DNA of 58,011 nucleotides from Nanobdellota archaeon. GTDB taxonomy: Archaea; Nanobdellota; Nanobdellia; Woesearchaeales; JAHJEM01. Under the pieces are notes generated by a model. The model saw nothing but the letters and a program-made list of their open reading frames with translations, did no database searches and was not told the origin of the DNA. The stretch spans positions 1 to 58,011 of the forward strand of contig JAHJEM010000063.1 of assembly GCA_018825425.1 (NCBI GenBank), given 5' to 3'. A program made the translations under genes and the position numbers. Shown here piece after piece: positions 33,592 through 45,064 of this stretch. Within the stretch, counting starts at the first letter, position 1. Each line of letters begins with the position of its first letter.

Positions 33592-35390
33592 GCGAAGTAT
33601 ATTTAGATAGCAAGTTTATCGGAACTGTCAAGGATGGCAAGGAATTCGCTCAGAAGATTATCGAGCAGCGAAGAATGAATAAGCTTCCTGAGTCAATTAA
33701 TGTGTTTTATGATTCAAAAAAGGATAATGTTTATGTTGAGGCATTCAAAGGAAGATGTGTTCGACCATTGATTGTGGTCAAAGAAGGAAAGCCCATTCTT
33801 AATGACAAACATATTGAACAGCTGGAAAAGGGAGAGATTAGTTGGTCTGACTTGATGAAGCAAGGTGTTGTTGAATATCTTGACTCAGCCGAAGAAGAAA
33901 ATGCACTTGTTGCTTTCACTCAGGAAGATCTTACACCTGACCACACACATTTGGAGATTGCACCATTGGACATTGTTGGTCTAACAACTTCGTTGGTTCC
34001 ATTCGGAAATTATGATCATGGAGTAAGGCTTACTCAAGGCTCAAAGAACCAGAAGCAGGCAATTGGTTTCTATGCTGCCAACTATTATAATAGAATGGAT
34101 ATGGACGTAAACATCCTTCATTATTCTCAGATTCCGGTTGTTGGATCGCTTATGCACCAAGTACTGAAGTACGATAAGCACCCATCAGGTATGAATGTCA
34201 CTCTGGCAATCATGTCTTATCAAGGATATAACATGGAAGACGCTATTGTCCTTAACAAAGGAAGTGTTGACCGAGGCCTTGCAAGAAGCACCTACTATAG
34301 GCCTGTTATCAGTGAAGAGCTAAGATACAGTGGTGGCCTTATTGATGAGGTATGTATCCCTGACAAAGATGTCAAAGGGTATAGAAGCGAACATGATTAC
34401 AGATTCCTTGAAGAGGATGGAATCATTTTCCCTGAGGCAAAAGTTAAGGAAGGCGATGTCGTGATTGGAAAGACAAGCCCTCCAAGATTCCTTTCAAGTC
34501 TTGATGAGTACAATCTTGCATCAAGTTCAAGGAGAGAGAGTTCAATGAGCCTCAAGCACGGTGAAAAAGGTGTTATTGATTTTGTATTGATAACTGAGAA
34601 CAGCGAAGGTAACAAGCTGATTCAGGTCAGACTACGTGACCAAAGGATTCCTGAAATTGGAGATAAGTTCACTTCGAGACACGGACAGAAGGGCGTAATC
34701 TCCTTGATTGTTCCTGAAGCAGACATACCTTTTAGTGCGTCAGGTGTAAAGCCAGATATCCTATTTGGACCTCACGGAATCCCTTCCCGTATGACTGTTG
34801 CTCATCTAATAGAGATCATAGGTGGAAAGACAGGCGCATTGTCTGGAAGACTTGTCAATGGTACAGTATATGAAAGTGAGAATGAACAGGACATCCGAAA
34901 TGAGTTGTGCCAACTTGGTTTCAGAGAAGATGGAACTGAATTGCTCTACAATGGAACCACAGGAGAAATGTATCCATCAAGAATATTCATAGGTAATATT
35001 TACTATCTAAAACTAAAGCATTTAGTTGCAAACAAATTGCACAGCAGAGCAAGAGGACCAATCCAACTGCTTACACGACAGCCTACCGAAGGTCGCGCAA
35101 AAGAGGGAGGACTAAGGCTCGGAGAAATGGAGAAAGACACATTTGTGGCTCACGGAGCATCTCTCCTTCTAAAGGAAAGATTTGACTCTGATAGGACAGT
35201 AATCCCCATATGTGAAGGATGCGGAATGATAGCAATATACGATGCCAGAAAAGGTAAGGCATTCTGTCCTATGTGTGGAGATAAGGTTACAATATCAGAT
35301 GTTGAGATGGCCTATGCATTCAAACTCATCCTTGATGAGTTCAAGGCACTCACCGTCTATCCAAAATTATTGTTAAAGGGGAAATACTAA
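33588..35390 (+). CDS. rpoB1: DNA-directed RNA polymerase subunit B' (C-terminal part of split Rpo2)
   Basis: GYNMEDAIVLNK, SRHGQKGV, GLRLGEMEKD, and C-terminal Zn ribbon CEGCG...CPMCG. ATGA overlap with rpoB2. Confidence 0.96.
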   Translation: MSEVYLDSKFIGTVKDGKEFAQKIIEQRRMNKLPESINVFYDSKKDNVYVEAFKGRCVRPLIVVKEGKPILNDKHIEQLEKGEISWSDLMKQGVVEYLDSAEEENALVAFTQEDLTPDHTHLEIAPLDIVGLTTSLVPFGNYDHGVRLTQGSKNQKQAIGFYAANYYNRMDMDVNILHYSQIPVVGSLMHQVLKYDKHPSGMNVTLAIMSYQGYNMEDAIVLNKGSVDRGLARSTYYRPVISEELRYSGGLIDEVCIPDKDVKGYRSEHDYRFLEEDGIIFPEAKVKEGDVVIGKTSPPRFLSSLDEYNLASSSRRESSMSLKHGEKGVIDFVLITENSEGNKLIQVRLRDQRIPEIGDKFTSRHGQKGVISLIVPEADIPFSASGVKPDILFGPHGIPSRMTVAHLIEIIGGKTGALSGRLVNGTVYESENEQDIRNELCQLGFREDGTELLYNGTTGEMYPSRIFIGNIYYLKLKHLVANKLHSRARGPIQLLTRQPTEGRAKEGGLRLGEMEKDTFVAHGASLLLKERFDSDRTVIPICEGCGMIAIYDARKGKAFCPMCGDKVTISDVEMAYAFKLILDEFKALTVYPKLLLKGKY

Positions 35391-35393
35391 AAA

Positions 35394-37985
35394 ATGGAAG
35401 TTCAACCACACAAAAAAATCGCTCAGCTAGAGTTTGGAATAATGAGTCCTAGGTTTATCAAGGACATGGCAAGTGCCAAGATTGTCACTCCAGAACTATA
35501 TGATAAGGAAGGATATCCTGTTGATGGGGGTCTTATGGATGTCAGACTTGGAGTTATTGATCCTGGTCTGAAATGCAAGACCTGCGGACAGAAACTCAAA
35601 GAGTGTCCTGGCCATTTTGGATTCATCGAACTTGCAAGACCTGTTGTTCATATTAAGTTCATAAATGTAATCATGGATTTACTGCGATGCACTTGTCGTG
35701 ACTGCTCCAGAATCCTTATTCCTAAGAATAAGATTGACAAGTTCAGGATTCAAATTGAAGAGGTTGGTGAGATTAGTGGACTTACAGCTCGGAGAAAGAC
35801 AATTAAAGAGTTCATCTCTGCATTAAAGACTGTGAATAAATGTCCATACTGCAAAGCAAAGCAGTTCAAAATCACATTAGAAAAGCCTACAACTGTTATC
35901 GAAGATGAAAAAAGGCTTTCACCTATTGAAATCAGGACCCGACTTGAGAAAGTCACGGATTCTGATATTGAGCTTTTCGGTATCAGACCTGAAAGCGTAA
36001 GGCCTGAATGGATGATACTTACGATTCTACCAATACCTCCTGTAACAATGAGGCCAAGTATTACTTTGGAATCTGGTGAGAGAAGTGAAGATGATCTTAC
36101 TCACAAACTAGGAGATATTGTAAGGATTAACCAGAGATTGTTTGAGAATATCAATGCAGGAGCACCTGAAATCATAATTGAGGATCTTTGGGATCTTCTA
36201 CAATATCACGTGACCACGTTCATTGATAACAATGTTGCCCAACTTCCACCCGCAAGGCATAGGGGAGGACAACCACTTAAGACTCTCACTGCAAGGATCA
36301 AGTCAAAAGAAGGAAGGATCAGGCACAATCTTGTTGGAAAAAGAACTAATTTCAGTGCAAGGACAGTTATAAGTCCGGATCCAAAGCTCCAGATCAATGA
36401 AGTTGGAGTTCCATTAGTAATTGCAATGAAACTTACTGTTCCAGAAAGAACAACTGAATGGAACATGAAATACTTAAAGGAATTTATTGAAAGAGGACCA
36501 GGCAAATACCCTGGATCAAATTACATAATCAGGCCTGATGGTAAGCGAAAAAAGATAACTGATGAAACCAAAGAGCAATTACTTGAAGAGATCCAACCAG
36601 GATATATTGTTGAAAGGCATCTCATGGATGGCGATGTCACCTTGTTTAATAGACAACCGTCACTTCACAGGATGAGCATGATGTGCCATAGAGTTAGAGT
36701 TCTTCCAGGTCTTACCCTAAGATTGAATCCTGCAGTATGTGCACCATACAACGCAGACTTTGATGGAGATGAGATGAACCTTCACGTTCCTCAGACTGAA
36801 GAAGCCCGTGCAGAAGCAGAGATTCTCATGGAAGTACAGACTCAACTGATCAGTCCAAGATACGGACTGAGCATAATTGGATGTAACCAGGACGCAATCA
36901 GCGGTAACTATATTCTGACCCAACCTTGGTTCAAGGTACCACGGTCTGAAGCTATTGACATGCTGAGTGCAATCGGAATAGAGGACTTCTCAAAATTCAC
37001 AACCAAAGAGACTGTTACTGGAAAGGAGATTTTCAGTTACTTACTACCTACTGATTTTAACTTTAAGGGACTGTCAAGGTTGTATAAGGATGCTCCAGAG
37101 GACCCTGATTCTGTTGTTGAAATCAAGAATGGAAAAATATTGCATGGTATCATGGATAAGAACAATCTTGGAGAAGGAAGTGGCTTGCTGCTTAGAACTC
37201 TTCATAAAAAGTATGGAAGCACTGCTATGGTTGATATATTAGGAAAGATGTATAGACTAGGAATCGAGACCTTATTCAGGCATGGTTTTAGTGTATCATT
37301 ATCTGATCTTGATCTCCCAGCTGAATCCCATAAAGAGGTTAAGGATATCCTATTAAAAGCAGAGCAAGAAGTTGAAGATTTCATTGCAAAATACAATGAT
37401 GGTTCTCTTGAAGCAATGCCTGGAAGAAGCAGAGAAGAGACGCTTGAACTTAGAATCCTTGAAAGGCTAAATAGAGCAAGAGATGATAGTGGAAGAATTG
37501 TAACCAAGAAATCAAAACAGAACAGCCATATGATGAATATGGTAAGATCAGGTTCTAGAGGTAATGTTATCAATCTTGCTCAGATGGCAGCATGTGTAGG
37601 CCAACAAGCTCTAAGAGGAGGTAGGATCAGCATAGGTTATCGTGGTAGAACATTAAGCTGTTTCAATTCTAATGATTTAAGGGCTCCTGCAAGGGGTTTT
37701 ATCAGGAATGGATTTAAGGATGGACTGAAGCCTCATGAAGCCTTTTTTATGGCAATGACTGGACGAGACAGCCTTATGGATACGGCTCTACGAACTCCAA
37801 AATCAGGTTATCTTTATAGACGGCTTGCGAATGCGCTTCAAGATTTGAAGGTCGAGTATGATTATACTGTACGAGATGCAGGGGGGCGTATTGTCCAGTT
37901 CCAATATGGTGAAGACTCTGTAGATGTCTCAAAGAGTGAAGCAGGAAAAATTAATATCAGAAAGATTGTCAGATCGGTGGAATAA
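35394..37985 (+). CDS. rpoA1: DNA-directed RNA polymerase subunit A' (Rpo1N)
   Basis: Zn motifs CKTCGQ..CPGHFG and the catalytic [12 protein letters not shown]. Confidence 0.97.
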   Translation: MEVQPHKKIAQLEFGIMSPRFIKDMASAKIVTPELYDKEGYPVDGGLMDVRLGVIDPGLKCKTCGQKLKECPGHFGFIELARPVVHIKFINVIMDLLRCTCRDCSRILIPKNKIDKFRIQIEEVGEISGLTARRKTIKEFISALKTVNKCPYCKAKQFKITLEKPTTVIEDEKRLSPIEIRTRLEKVTDSDIELFGIRPESVRPEWMILTILPIPPVTMRPSITLESGERSEDDLTHKLGDIVRINQRLFENINAGAPEIIIEDLWDLLQYHVTTFIDNNVAQLPPARHRGGQPLKTLTARIKSKEGRIRHNLVGKRTNFSARTVISPDPKLQINEVGVPLVIAMKLTVPERTTEWNMKYLKEFIERGPGKYPGSNYIIRPDGKRKKITDETKEQLLEEIQPGYIVERHLMDGDVTLFNRQPSLHRMSMMCHRVRVLPGLTLRLNPAVCAPYNADFDGDEMNLHVPQTEEARAEAEILMEVQTQLISPRYGLSIIGCNQDAISGNYILTQPWFKVPRSEAIDMLSAIGIEDFSKFTTKETVTGKEIFSYLLPTDFNFKGLSRLYKDAPEDPDSVVEIKNGKILHGIMDKNNLGEGSGLLLRTLHKKYGSTAMVDILGKMYRLGIETLFRHGFSVSLSDLDLPAESHKEVKDILLKAEQEVEDFIAKYNDGSLEAMPGRSREETLELRILERLNRARDDSGRIVTKKSKQNSHMMNMVRSGSRGNVINLAQMAACVGQQALRGGRISIGYRGRTLSCFNSNDLRAPARGFIRNGFKDGLKPHEAFFMAMTGRDSLMDTALRTPKSGYLYRRLANALQDLKVEYDYTVRDAGGRIVQFQYGEDSVDVSKSEAGKINIRKIVRSVE

Positions 37986-37986
37986 A

Positions 37987-39129
37987 ATGGATTCAGTATA
38001 CAAAGAATATGAAAGTGAACTCCCTCCTCAAATAATTGAGGAAGTCAAGAAGCATGTTGAAAAGAATGTATCAAAGCCTAGACTGAAAAAGATAATGGAA
38101 GAGGTCTATCGAGAATACAAACAGACAATTGCTGATCCTGGAGAAAGTGTTGGTTTGGTATGTGCTGAATCTATTGGAGAACCAGGTACTCAGATGACTT
38201 TGAACACATTCCACTTTGCTGGCGTTTCAGAGATGAACGTAACAACAGGTCTTCCTAGATTGATTGAAATTCTTGATGGAAGAAAGGAAATTAGCACAAA
38301 AATGACTGAGATTCATTTAAAGAAACCCTGGAGCGGGGGAAAGGATATTACAAAGATTGCCAAATCTATCAAAGAGACAACCTTTGAAGAGCATATCAAT
38401 AGCATTGACATTGATATGGTTGAGCTCACTATGGTAATAAAACTCAACGAAGACACAGATATTGCTCCTGAACAGCTTGTAAAGATTCTTAGTAAATCTG
38501 TACGAGCATTCACATTTAAGCTTGATAAAGAGAATAATATTGTGGTCAGGCCATCTTCAAAAGATGCTAGTCTGAATAGTCTTTATACCTTGAAAGAAAA
38601 GATCAAGACAGTCTGGGTATCAGGTATTAAGGGAATCACTCAAGTTCTTCCTGTTAAAAAGGGAGATAATTTCATCATCATGACTGCAGGCAGTAATCTA
38701 AAGGAAATTGCCAAGCTTGAATTTGTGGATTTGTACAATACCACAACTAATGATATTTTTGAACTTGAAAGAACTTTTGGTATTGAAGCTGCGAGACAAG
38801 GAATAATCAACGAAATTCAGAAAGTTATCAAAACCCAAGGTATTGAGATTGATATTAGGCATATCATGCTTGTGTCAGATACTATGTGTATGTCAGGATC
38901 AGTTCTAGGTATCAATAGATATGGCATTGTAAAAGAGAAGCCAAGTGTCCTTGCACGTGCATCATTTGAGACTCCAATCAAACAGATAATCGAAGCGAGC
39001 CTGATTGGCGAGTCAGATTATCTGAATAGCGTAATCGAGAATGTAATGATCAATCAGCCTGTACCTGTTGGAACAGGAATACCAACATTAATAGCAAAGA
39101 TATCAAAATCGAAAGGTGATTTAAAGTGA
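37987..39129 (+). CDS. rpoA2: DNA-directed RNA polymerase subunit A'' (Rpo1C)
   Basis: [16 protein letters not shown] trigger-loop region. Start moved to ATG 37987, 1 nt after the rpoA1 stop. Confidence 0.95.
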   Translation: MDSVYKEYESELPPQIIEEVKKHVEKNVSKPRLKKIMEEVYREYKQTIADPGESVGLVCAESIGEPGTQMTLNTFHFAGVSEMNVTTGLPRLIEILDGRKEISTKMTEIHLKKPWSGGKDITKIAKSIKETTFEEHINSIDIDMVELTMVIKLNEDTDIAPEQLVKILSKSVRAFTFKLDKENNIVVRPSSKDASLNSLYTLKEKIKTVWVSGIKGITQVLPVKKGDNFIIMTAGSNLKEIAKLEFVDLYNTTTNDIFELERTFGIEAARQGIINEIQKVIKTQGIEIDIRHIMLVSDTMCMSGSVLGINRYGIVKEKPSVLARASFETPIKQIIEASLIGESDYLNSVIENVMINQPVPVGTGIPTLIAKISKSKGDLK

Positions 39130-39380
39130 GTCTAGAAGAAATCAAGAAGAATCTTGCAAGTGTCATTATAGGAACGAATGTAGTTATGGATAATTTAAGA
39201 CAGGGAAAAATTAAGAAAATCTATCTTGCTAGTAATGCTGATGCCTCTTTGAAAAAAGAGATTGAACACTTTAAGATTATCTCTTATTTTGAAATTGAAG
39301 AACTCAATGTTTCAAATGATGACCTTGGCACTGAATGTAAAAAACCATTTTCTGTTTCAGTTGTGGGAGTGCTTAAATAA
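39126..39380 (+). CDS. rpl30e: 50S ribosomal protein eL30
   Basis: [26 protein letters not shown]...[19 protein letters not shown] start overlapping the rpoA2 stop. In the conserved operon position. Confidence 0.85.
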   Translation: MSLEEIKKNLASVIIGTNVVMDNLRQGKIKKIYLASNADASLKKEIEHFKIISYFEIEELNVSNDDLGTECKKPFSVSVVGVLK

Positions 39381-39799
39381 TGGCAAAAGTAACATATAAT
39401 GTTGAAATATTACAATTCATGTCCCTTTTTGAAAAGGTTACTCATTCTCATCTTAAAGATTGCTTTTTTTCTCGAGATAAAATGGTTTTTTTGGTCCAAG
39501 AAGGCCAACTGGGAAAGGCATTAGGTAAGAATAAGTCTAACGTCACCCGATTAGAGAAACTTATTAATAAGCGGTTTAAGATTGTTGAATTCAATTCTGA
39601 CATGCACCAGTTCATTGCTAACCTAATGGCACCGCTCCGAATAGCCAAGATGGATGAAGATGCAGGCGTGGTTACAATTACTGGCCCTGATTCTAAGACT
39701 AAAGGCTTGATGATCGGTGCGAGAGCTCAGAATCTTCGTGAATATGAAAGTGTAGTCAAGAAATACTTTCCTGAATTGGTTGAGATTAAGGTTGTTTAG
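39380..39799 (+). CDS. nusA: archaeal NusA-like transcription factor (two KH domains)
   Basis: ISLFEKVT...VKDC...FLVQEGQLGKALGKNKSNVTRLEKL and a second KH with GLMIGARAQNL. Confidence 0.88.
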   Translation: MAKVTYNVEILQFMSLFEKVTHSHLKDCFFSRDKMVFLVQEGQLGKALGKNKSNVTRLEKLINKRFKIVEFNSDMHQFIANLMAPLRIAKMDEDAGVVTITGPDSKTKGLMIGARAQNLREYESVVKKYFPELVEIKVV

Positions 39800-40629
39800 T
39801 CAGAAACAATTATCTTATGCAAATACTTTACTTCTAAACCAGCATTTGTTATGATCTTCTTCAATCTCAATGCATGTTGACCTACCGCAGCAAGATCAAT
39901 TATAACATCTTTGACTAGAACATCTGTCTTGCTAATGGCTTCTGCCAACGTCTCTTTTGTGAAATTATCTACTTGGTTAGATGGGCACATATGCCCTATC
40001 ACTATTTTGTCATTAATGATCTCTTGATTTCCCAATCTGTTTTGCATTAAAGGCACTATATTCCGCATATAATGATCCCCTCCTACAACTATAGACGCAT
40101 CACGTTTGTTTGGCTTGAAATTTGCCAGAATATCCTGGACCACTTTAACTATTACTTCTGCTGCTTTTTCATCTTCCCAGGCCTCTTGATTAGAACCAAT
40201 TTCAAGGTTCAGTACAGGTACTGACACGTCTGGTCCGTGGTGCGTGGCTTCGAGGCATACAGAAAAGTCAGGAAGATCATTGTTTCTTATTAATGAGTTA
40301 TAGGTGAATTTAAGAAGAGAGGGCTAAATCATGGAAAGTTTTCCTGGTTTGCCCCCAAGGTCTTTGGTATCATCTCCCTCAATATCAATAGACCATAGTC
40401 CATTCCAGTTACCGGAAGGGTGAACTGTGAAGAGTTTGAGCCGGTCACGGAGGCTATGGATAGTTATGGCTACTAGATAATCATAGTCTTTCGGTACAGT
40501 ACCATCTATAAAGTCCAAGTGTCTTCCAGGTATTTCAATCATTGGAATATTCTTATCCTTCAAAAGCTGATTGACTCTTAGGTTAAATTTCTCTTCATAC
40601 CATTTCGAACATATGATTCCAATTCTCAT
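39796..40629 (-). pseudogene. dtdA: archaeal-type D-aminoacyl-tRNA deacylase (DtdA) interrupted by one in-frame TAG at 40324-40326
   Basis: Track ORFs 40324..40629 and 39796..40227 are in the same frame. Extending the second upstream gives PSLLKFTYNSLIRNNDLPDFSVCLEATHHGPDVSVPVLNLEIGS directly after ..GGKPGKLSMI-TAG. HPSGNW, ATHHGP, EIGS and GGDHY motifs are all intact. Confidence 0.8.
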
Positions 40630-41378
40630 GCTAGTGCACCTTCTGTCACTTTCTCAAATCTTGCTACAAAGAATTCTTTTGGGGATCTCGAGACTGTAAT
40701 CCCGTATTTTTGCTCTAATAAGGGAGGTATGTTTTGCGCGGGGATGGACTGGATGTATGCAATTTCACAACCAAGGTCTCCCATTGCCATGATTAACTCT
40801 CGTGGAGAAAACAGATTTTCTGGAGGATCACTATGATTAATCAATTCATCTAGTATTTCTCTTGTTGCTCTTATAATCTCTTGATTACCCTCAATATCCA
40901 CTCGTATGTGAGGAGCATAGCAAGGATCCGCAATAATTACTTGTCCTCCAATTGCTGAGTACTGAAGAAGATTGCCTAATCCATTATAAAAGGCAGTTTT
41001 GCCCCCCATACTTTTGGCAATTTCATGAGCAGATCTTAAAAGAGTCAGTCCATGCAATGAACCTAGCGTAAGCTCAAATGCTGTTGGAGCTTGCATCATG
41101 TCTCCCTTCTTAGGAGTGTAGAGAACCTTGCCTTCCTGTTTTGCTAATTCTGCAGCATCGTCAACCAGGTTTGAAGGTTCAATGCCTAGGATATCAAGTT
41201 CCAATCCTGCTGCATTAGCGAGCTCAGCGATTGTACCAGGACCTGTACCAATATCTAGAATTGTGGATTTGACCGGATAGCATGCAAGTTGGCTGGTTAT
41301 GGCTGCATAGAACTGTTGTTCTGGCTCTTGAAACCTTTCTCTATAATCGTCTCCGCTTAACTCATTGAATACATTCAT
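40626..41378 (-). CDS. class I SAM-dependent methyltransferase
   Basis: ILDIGTGPGTIAELA motif I and ILGIEPS. 4-nt overlap with dtdA. Confidence 0.7.
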   Translation of the reverse strand: MNVFNELSGDDYRERFQEPEQQFYAAITSQLACYPVKSTILDIGTGPGTIAELANAAGLELDILGIEPSNLVDDAAELAKQEGKVLYTPKKGDMMQAPTAFELTLGSLHGLTLLRSAHEIAKSMGGKTAFYNGLGNLLQYSAIGGQVIIADPCYAPHIRVDIEGNQEIIRATREILDELINHSDPPENLFSPRELIMAMGDLGCEIAYIQSIPAQNIPPLLEQKYGITVSRSPKEFFVARFEKVTEGALA

Positions 41379-41438
41379 AAATGAGAGAATTGGAACATGC
41401 TTTTTAAATATTAAGGCAAAAATGAATGAAAAATAGGA

Positions 41439-44060
41439 TTATTCCTCTTTCAACACAGCATGCGCAGCCGCTAATCTCGCCACTGGAACTCTATATGGAC
41501 TGCAGCTAACATAGTTCAAACCAAGTTTGTGGCAGAATGCAATGCTTGCAGGGTTTCCACCATGTTCTCCACAGATTCCTAGCTTCAGGTCTTTCTTGAC
41601 TTCTCGCCCTTTTTTGCAGGCCAACTCCATCAGTTGTCCTACCCCGCATTCGTCTATCCTTTGGAATGGATCCCATGCAAGAACTTTCTTGTCATAATAC
41701 TCATTTAAGAATTTACCTGCATCATCCCTGCTGAATCCAAAGGTCATCTGGGTAAGATCATTTGTTCCAAAGCTAAAGAAGTCTGCTTCTGCTGCGATTT
41801 TTTCTGCAGTGAGACATGCTCTTGGTATCTCAATCATAGTTCCGACCTGATAATCGAGTTTAACACCAAAATTCTTAATGGTTTCATCAGCTATCTTGAT
41901 GATAAGTTCTCTTAAGAGTTTTAATTCATTGACATGACCTACTAGAGGCACCATGATTTCTGGCTTGACTTCTTTACCTTCCTTTTTTAACTCACATGCG
42001 GCCTCTATTATTGCCCTTGTCTGCATCTCTGCAATCTCAGGATACGTTATACACAACCGGCATCCTCTGTGACCAAGCATAGGATTGAATTCATGGAGTG
42101 CTTCAAGTCGTTCCTTGATCTTTTCTTCAGGAATACCCAAATCCTTGCTTACCTCTTTGATTGCTTCCTCAGTCTGAGGAAGGAATTCATGAAGTGGAGG
42201 ATCAATCAATCTGATATTTGCAGGTTTTCCTTCCAAAACCTCAAAGATGGCTTTGAAATCTCCTTTCTGTATTGGCATAAGTTTGTCCAAAGCTTTTTTT
42301 CTTCCTTCGACATCTGTTGCAAGGATCATTTCTCGCACATGGAGTATCCTTTCTCCTTCAAAGAACATGTGTTCTGTCCTGCAAAGACCTATTCCTTCTG
42401 CGCCAAAGTCAATTGCTACTTTTGTGTCCTTAGGAGTATCTGAGTTGGTTCTTATCTTTAGGGTTCTATGATTATCTGCCCAGCCCATTAACTTTTGGAA
42501 TTCACCACTCATCTCGGGCTCTACCATATTTACTTGTCCTAAAAAGACTTCTCCTGTGCTACCGTCAATACTAATCCAACTATCTTCATTCAGTTGCTGG
42601 TCCTTGATTTTGACCGTTTTTGCGCTTTCATCAATGATTACCTCTTCGCAACCTGCAACACAGCATTTACCCATGCCTCTTGCAACGACTGCGGCGTGAC
42701 TGGTCATTCCTCCTCTGCTTGTGAGTATTCCTTGAGCAGAATGCATACCTTCAATGTCTTCAGGACTGGTCTCAGTTCTAACTAGAAGGACTTTCTTACC
42801 AGCTGAATTCTTGTCATGGGCTTCTTCTGCTGTAAATGCAATCTGGCCAACTGCAGCACCAGGGCTTGCTGGAAGACCTTTTGCAATTAATTGAGCTTTC
42901 TTCTTACCCTCAGGATCAAGTTGCTTATGCATTACTTGTTCTATCTGGTCAGGATTGACTCTAAGAATTGCTTCTTTCTGGTTGATCAGACCTTCAGATT
43001 CCATGTCAACTGCAATCTTGATTGCAGCTTGAGCAGTCCTCTTACCATTACGTGTCTGGAGTATGAATAATACATTGTTCTCGATTGTAAATTCGAAATC
43101 TTGAACATCTTTATAATGTAGTTCCAGTTTCTCATAGACCTTGATCAGTTCAGCATATGGTCCGGGAAGATCTTGTTTCATGTCGTCAATCTTTTTTGGT
43201 GTTCGTATTCCTGCTACAACATCTTCTCCCTGAGCATTGATCAAATATTCTCCATAATGCTCTTTATCACCTGTACTTGGATTTCTTGTGAATGAAACTC
43301 CGGTTCCAGAATCATTTCCCATGTTTCCAAAGACCATCTCTTGGATACTGACTGCAGTACCTGCATCATCAGGAATATTATTTAGTCTTCTATATGTGAC
43401 TGCTCGTTTGCCATTCCATGATCCAAACACAGCTGTTACAGATAGTTTCAATTGTTCCAAGGGATCCGTAGGAATCTCTTTTCCTGATTCTTTCTTAATA
43501 ATATCCTTAAAATTTTTGACCAACTCTTTCAAGTCTTCTACTTTGAGTTCTGTGTCAAGTTTGACGCCTTTTTTATTCTTTAACTCATGGATAGCAGCCT
43601 CAAAACTAGAGTGTTTTACTCCCATGACCACATCTCCAAACATCTGGACAAATCGCCTATAAGAATCATATGAACCACGTTCATTATTTGTTTTGACTAC
43701 AAGACCTTGAATAACTTCGTCATTAAGACCAAGGTTAAGGACTGTGTCCATCATTCCAGGCATTGATACATATGAACCTGACCGTACAGACAATAATAGA
43801 GGATTGGATTTATTTCCAAAACCTTTCTTGGTCTTGTCTTCCATTGCTTTAACACTTGCCTTAAGTTCATCCTCCAAGCCATCAGGCCAAGAATTATTTT
43901 TTATGTATTCACGGCAAGCGTCCGTGGTTATTGTAAATGCTTTTGGAACAGGAAGACCAATCTTCATCATTTCAGACAACTGAGCCCCCTTGTTTCCTAA
44001 TAGCTTGTAGATCTCTAACGGATTATCAACCTCATCCAGTTGATAGACATATTTTCCCAT
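41439..44060 (-). CDS. ppdK: pyruvate, phosphate dikinase
   Basis: 873 aa. ATP-grasp N-terminus, phosphohistidine motif GGMTSHAAVVARGMGK, and PEP/pyruvate-binding TIM barrel (GICGEHGG). GGTGA SD upstream. Confidence 0.95.
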   Translation of the reverse strand: MGKYVYQLDEVDNPLEIYKLLGNKGAQLSEMMKIGLPVPKAFTITTDACREYIKNNSWPDGLEDELKASVKAMEDKTKKGFGNKSNPLLLSVRSGSYVSMPGMMDTVLNLGLNDEVIQGLVVKTNNERGSYDSYRRFVQMFGDVVMGVKHSSFEAAIHELKNKKGVKLDTELKVEDLKELVKNFKDIIKKESGKEIPTDPLEQLKLSVTAVFGSWNGKRAVTYRRLNNIPDDAGTAVSIQEMVFGNMGNDSGTGVSFTRNPSTGDKEHYGEYLINAQGEDVVAGIRTPKKIDDMKQDLPGPYAELIKVYEKLELHYKDVQDFEFTIENNVLFILQTRNGKRTAQAAIKIAVDMESEGLINQKEAILRVNPDQIEQVMHKQLDPEGKKKAQLIAKGLPASPGAAVGQIAFTAEEAHDKNSAGKKVLLVRTETSPEDIEGMHSAQGILTSRGGMTSHAAVVARGMGKCCVAGCEEVIIDESAKTVKIKDQQLNEDSWISIDGSTGEVFLGQVNMVEPEMSGEFQKLMGWADNHRTLKIRTNSDTPKDTKVAIDFGAEGIGLCRTEHMFFEGERILHVREMILATDVEGRKKALDKLMPIQKGDFKAIFEVLEGKPANIRLIDPPLHEFLPQTEEAIKEVSKDLGIPEEKIKERLEALHEFNPMLGHRGCRLCITYPEIAEMQTRAIIEAACELKKEGKEVKPEIMVPLVGHVNELKLLRELIIKIADETIKNFGVKLDYQVGTMIEIPRACLTAEKIAAEADFFSFGTNDLTQMTFGFSRDDAGKFLNEYYDKKVLAWDPFQRIDECGVGQLMELACKKGREVKKDLKLGICGEHGGNPASIAFCHKLGLNYVSCSPYRVPVARLAAAHAVLKEE

Positions 44061-44274
44061 GTTTTCACCTAATCCTTTGAATTTCAGAAGAGGTATAAAA
44101 AGGTTTTGAATACGATATCATACCAGACAGTGATGTATATTGTACAATATTTATTTGAGAGACAAACAAATCATGACAAGGACAAAAACAGCAATTGTAC
44201 ATACACAACTGTGTTGCCCTTGATGATAAATCAAGAGCACAAACTTTAAATACAGCCAGTAAGAACCTGCGTGC

Positions 44275-44655
44275 ATGGCTAAGGATGATCAAGAAAATGC
44301 AAAATTATGCGATGGATGCACTCTTTGTTGTGAACATGTAGCATTAGAAATTGACGTCCCTGAGGATTTAAAGGACTATGAGGAGATTGTATGGTATGTC
44401 TTACACAAGGATGTTTCTGTATTTATTGATGATGAAGGTTGTTGGTATATTCAATTCGAAGGTAAATGCACCCAATTGGATAATGGAAAATGCAACCTAT
44501 ACAACAAAAGACCATATCTTTGCAGAGATTATAACCAGGATGATTGTGTCAAATATGGTGAAGGAGAACCTCATGTATGGAAATTTGACAATAGGGAGCA
44601 ATTTCTAGAATATGTAAAGAAGAAAAAGCCACAAATTTGGCGGAAACTTAAGTGA
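44275..44655 (+). CDS. YkgJ/UPF0153-type CxxCxxCC cysteine-cluster protein (second copy)
   Basis: CDGCTLCCEHVALEI and CTQLDNGKCNLYNKRPYLCRDY. TTTAAATA box 27 nt upstream. Confidence 0.65.
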   Translation: MAKDDQENAKLCDGCTLCCEHVALEIDVPEDLKDYEEIVWYVLHKDVSVFIDDEGCWYIQFEGKCTQLDNGKCNLYNKRPYLCRDYNQDDCVKYGEGEPHVWKFDNREQFLEYVKKKKPQIWRKLK

Positions 44656-44998
44656 TCACTTCAAATAATTCTTCGTGACCATTACTTGTTGAGACTGTGA
44701 TAATATCGCCAGCGTCTATTATTTTCTCATTCTTTTTTAGCGAGTCTAAACACCCCTCTTTTTTTGGCTTTAGAAAGACTTTGTCTTGTGACCAGAGTTC
44801 CCAGTCAGCACCATTTGTTGCCAAGGCAAAACTAGCTTCTCCTGCTTCACCTCTTATCTTGATATCCGCATTACTCTCAACACTTCCAAAACGCGTTATA
44901 GACTTCAATAATAGAACATCTCCTTCTGCACTGTAATGACTGCTTTCTTTTAGTATGACCTGATTCATATCAATTATTCGCAGTTTCAATTCAGCCAT
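44648..44998 (-). CDS. hypothetical protein
   Basis: 116-aa ORF. It has a weak FHA-like appearance that I do not trust. Confidence 0.45.
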   Translation of the reverse strand: MAELKLRIIDMNQVILKESSHYSAEGDVLLLKSITRFGSVESNADIKIRGEAGEASFALATNGADWELWSQDKVFLKPKKEGCLDSLKKNEKIIDAGDIITVSTSNGHEELFEVIT

Positions 44999-45036
44999 AC
45001 TTTTAAAATGTGTGCGCGTTAATATAATTTTCGCTT

Positions 45037-45063
45037 AAAAGAAAAAGAAAAAAAAGAAAAAAA
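45037..45063 (-). terminator. long oligo-T tract (minus strand) immediately after the 411-aa gene
   Basis: The plus strand reads AAAAGAAAAAGAAAAAAAAGAAAAAAA and ends one base before the TAA (45065-45067) of the minus-strand gene. Confidence 0.6.
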
Positions 45064-45064
45064 G

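Noticed and set aside
40324-40326. Pyrrolysine or genome-wide TAG reassignment as an explanation for the in-frame TAG in dtdA
   Set aside because: TAG terminates several well-defined genes in this window at their expected ends, and no pyl genes or pylT-like tRNA are seen here. A nonsense mutation, an error or local readthrough is more parsimonious.
44219-44235. Inverted repeat CTTGAT-gataa-ATCAAG upstream of the second ykgJ-like gene, containing a TGATGA C-box-like hexamer
   Set aside because: The arms are only 6 bp, in AT-rich DNA, so a chance match is plausible. There is no matching D box or guide architecture for a C/D sRNA.
44648-44998. FHA-domain call for the 116-aa protein
   Set aside because: Only a loose beta-rich resemblance is present. 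The conserved Arg/Ser/His/Asn of FHA domains could not be placed.
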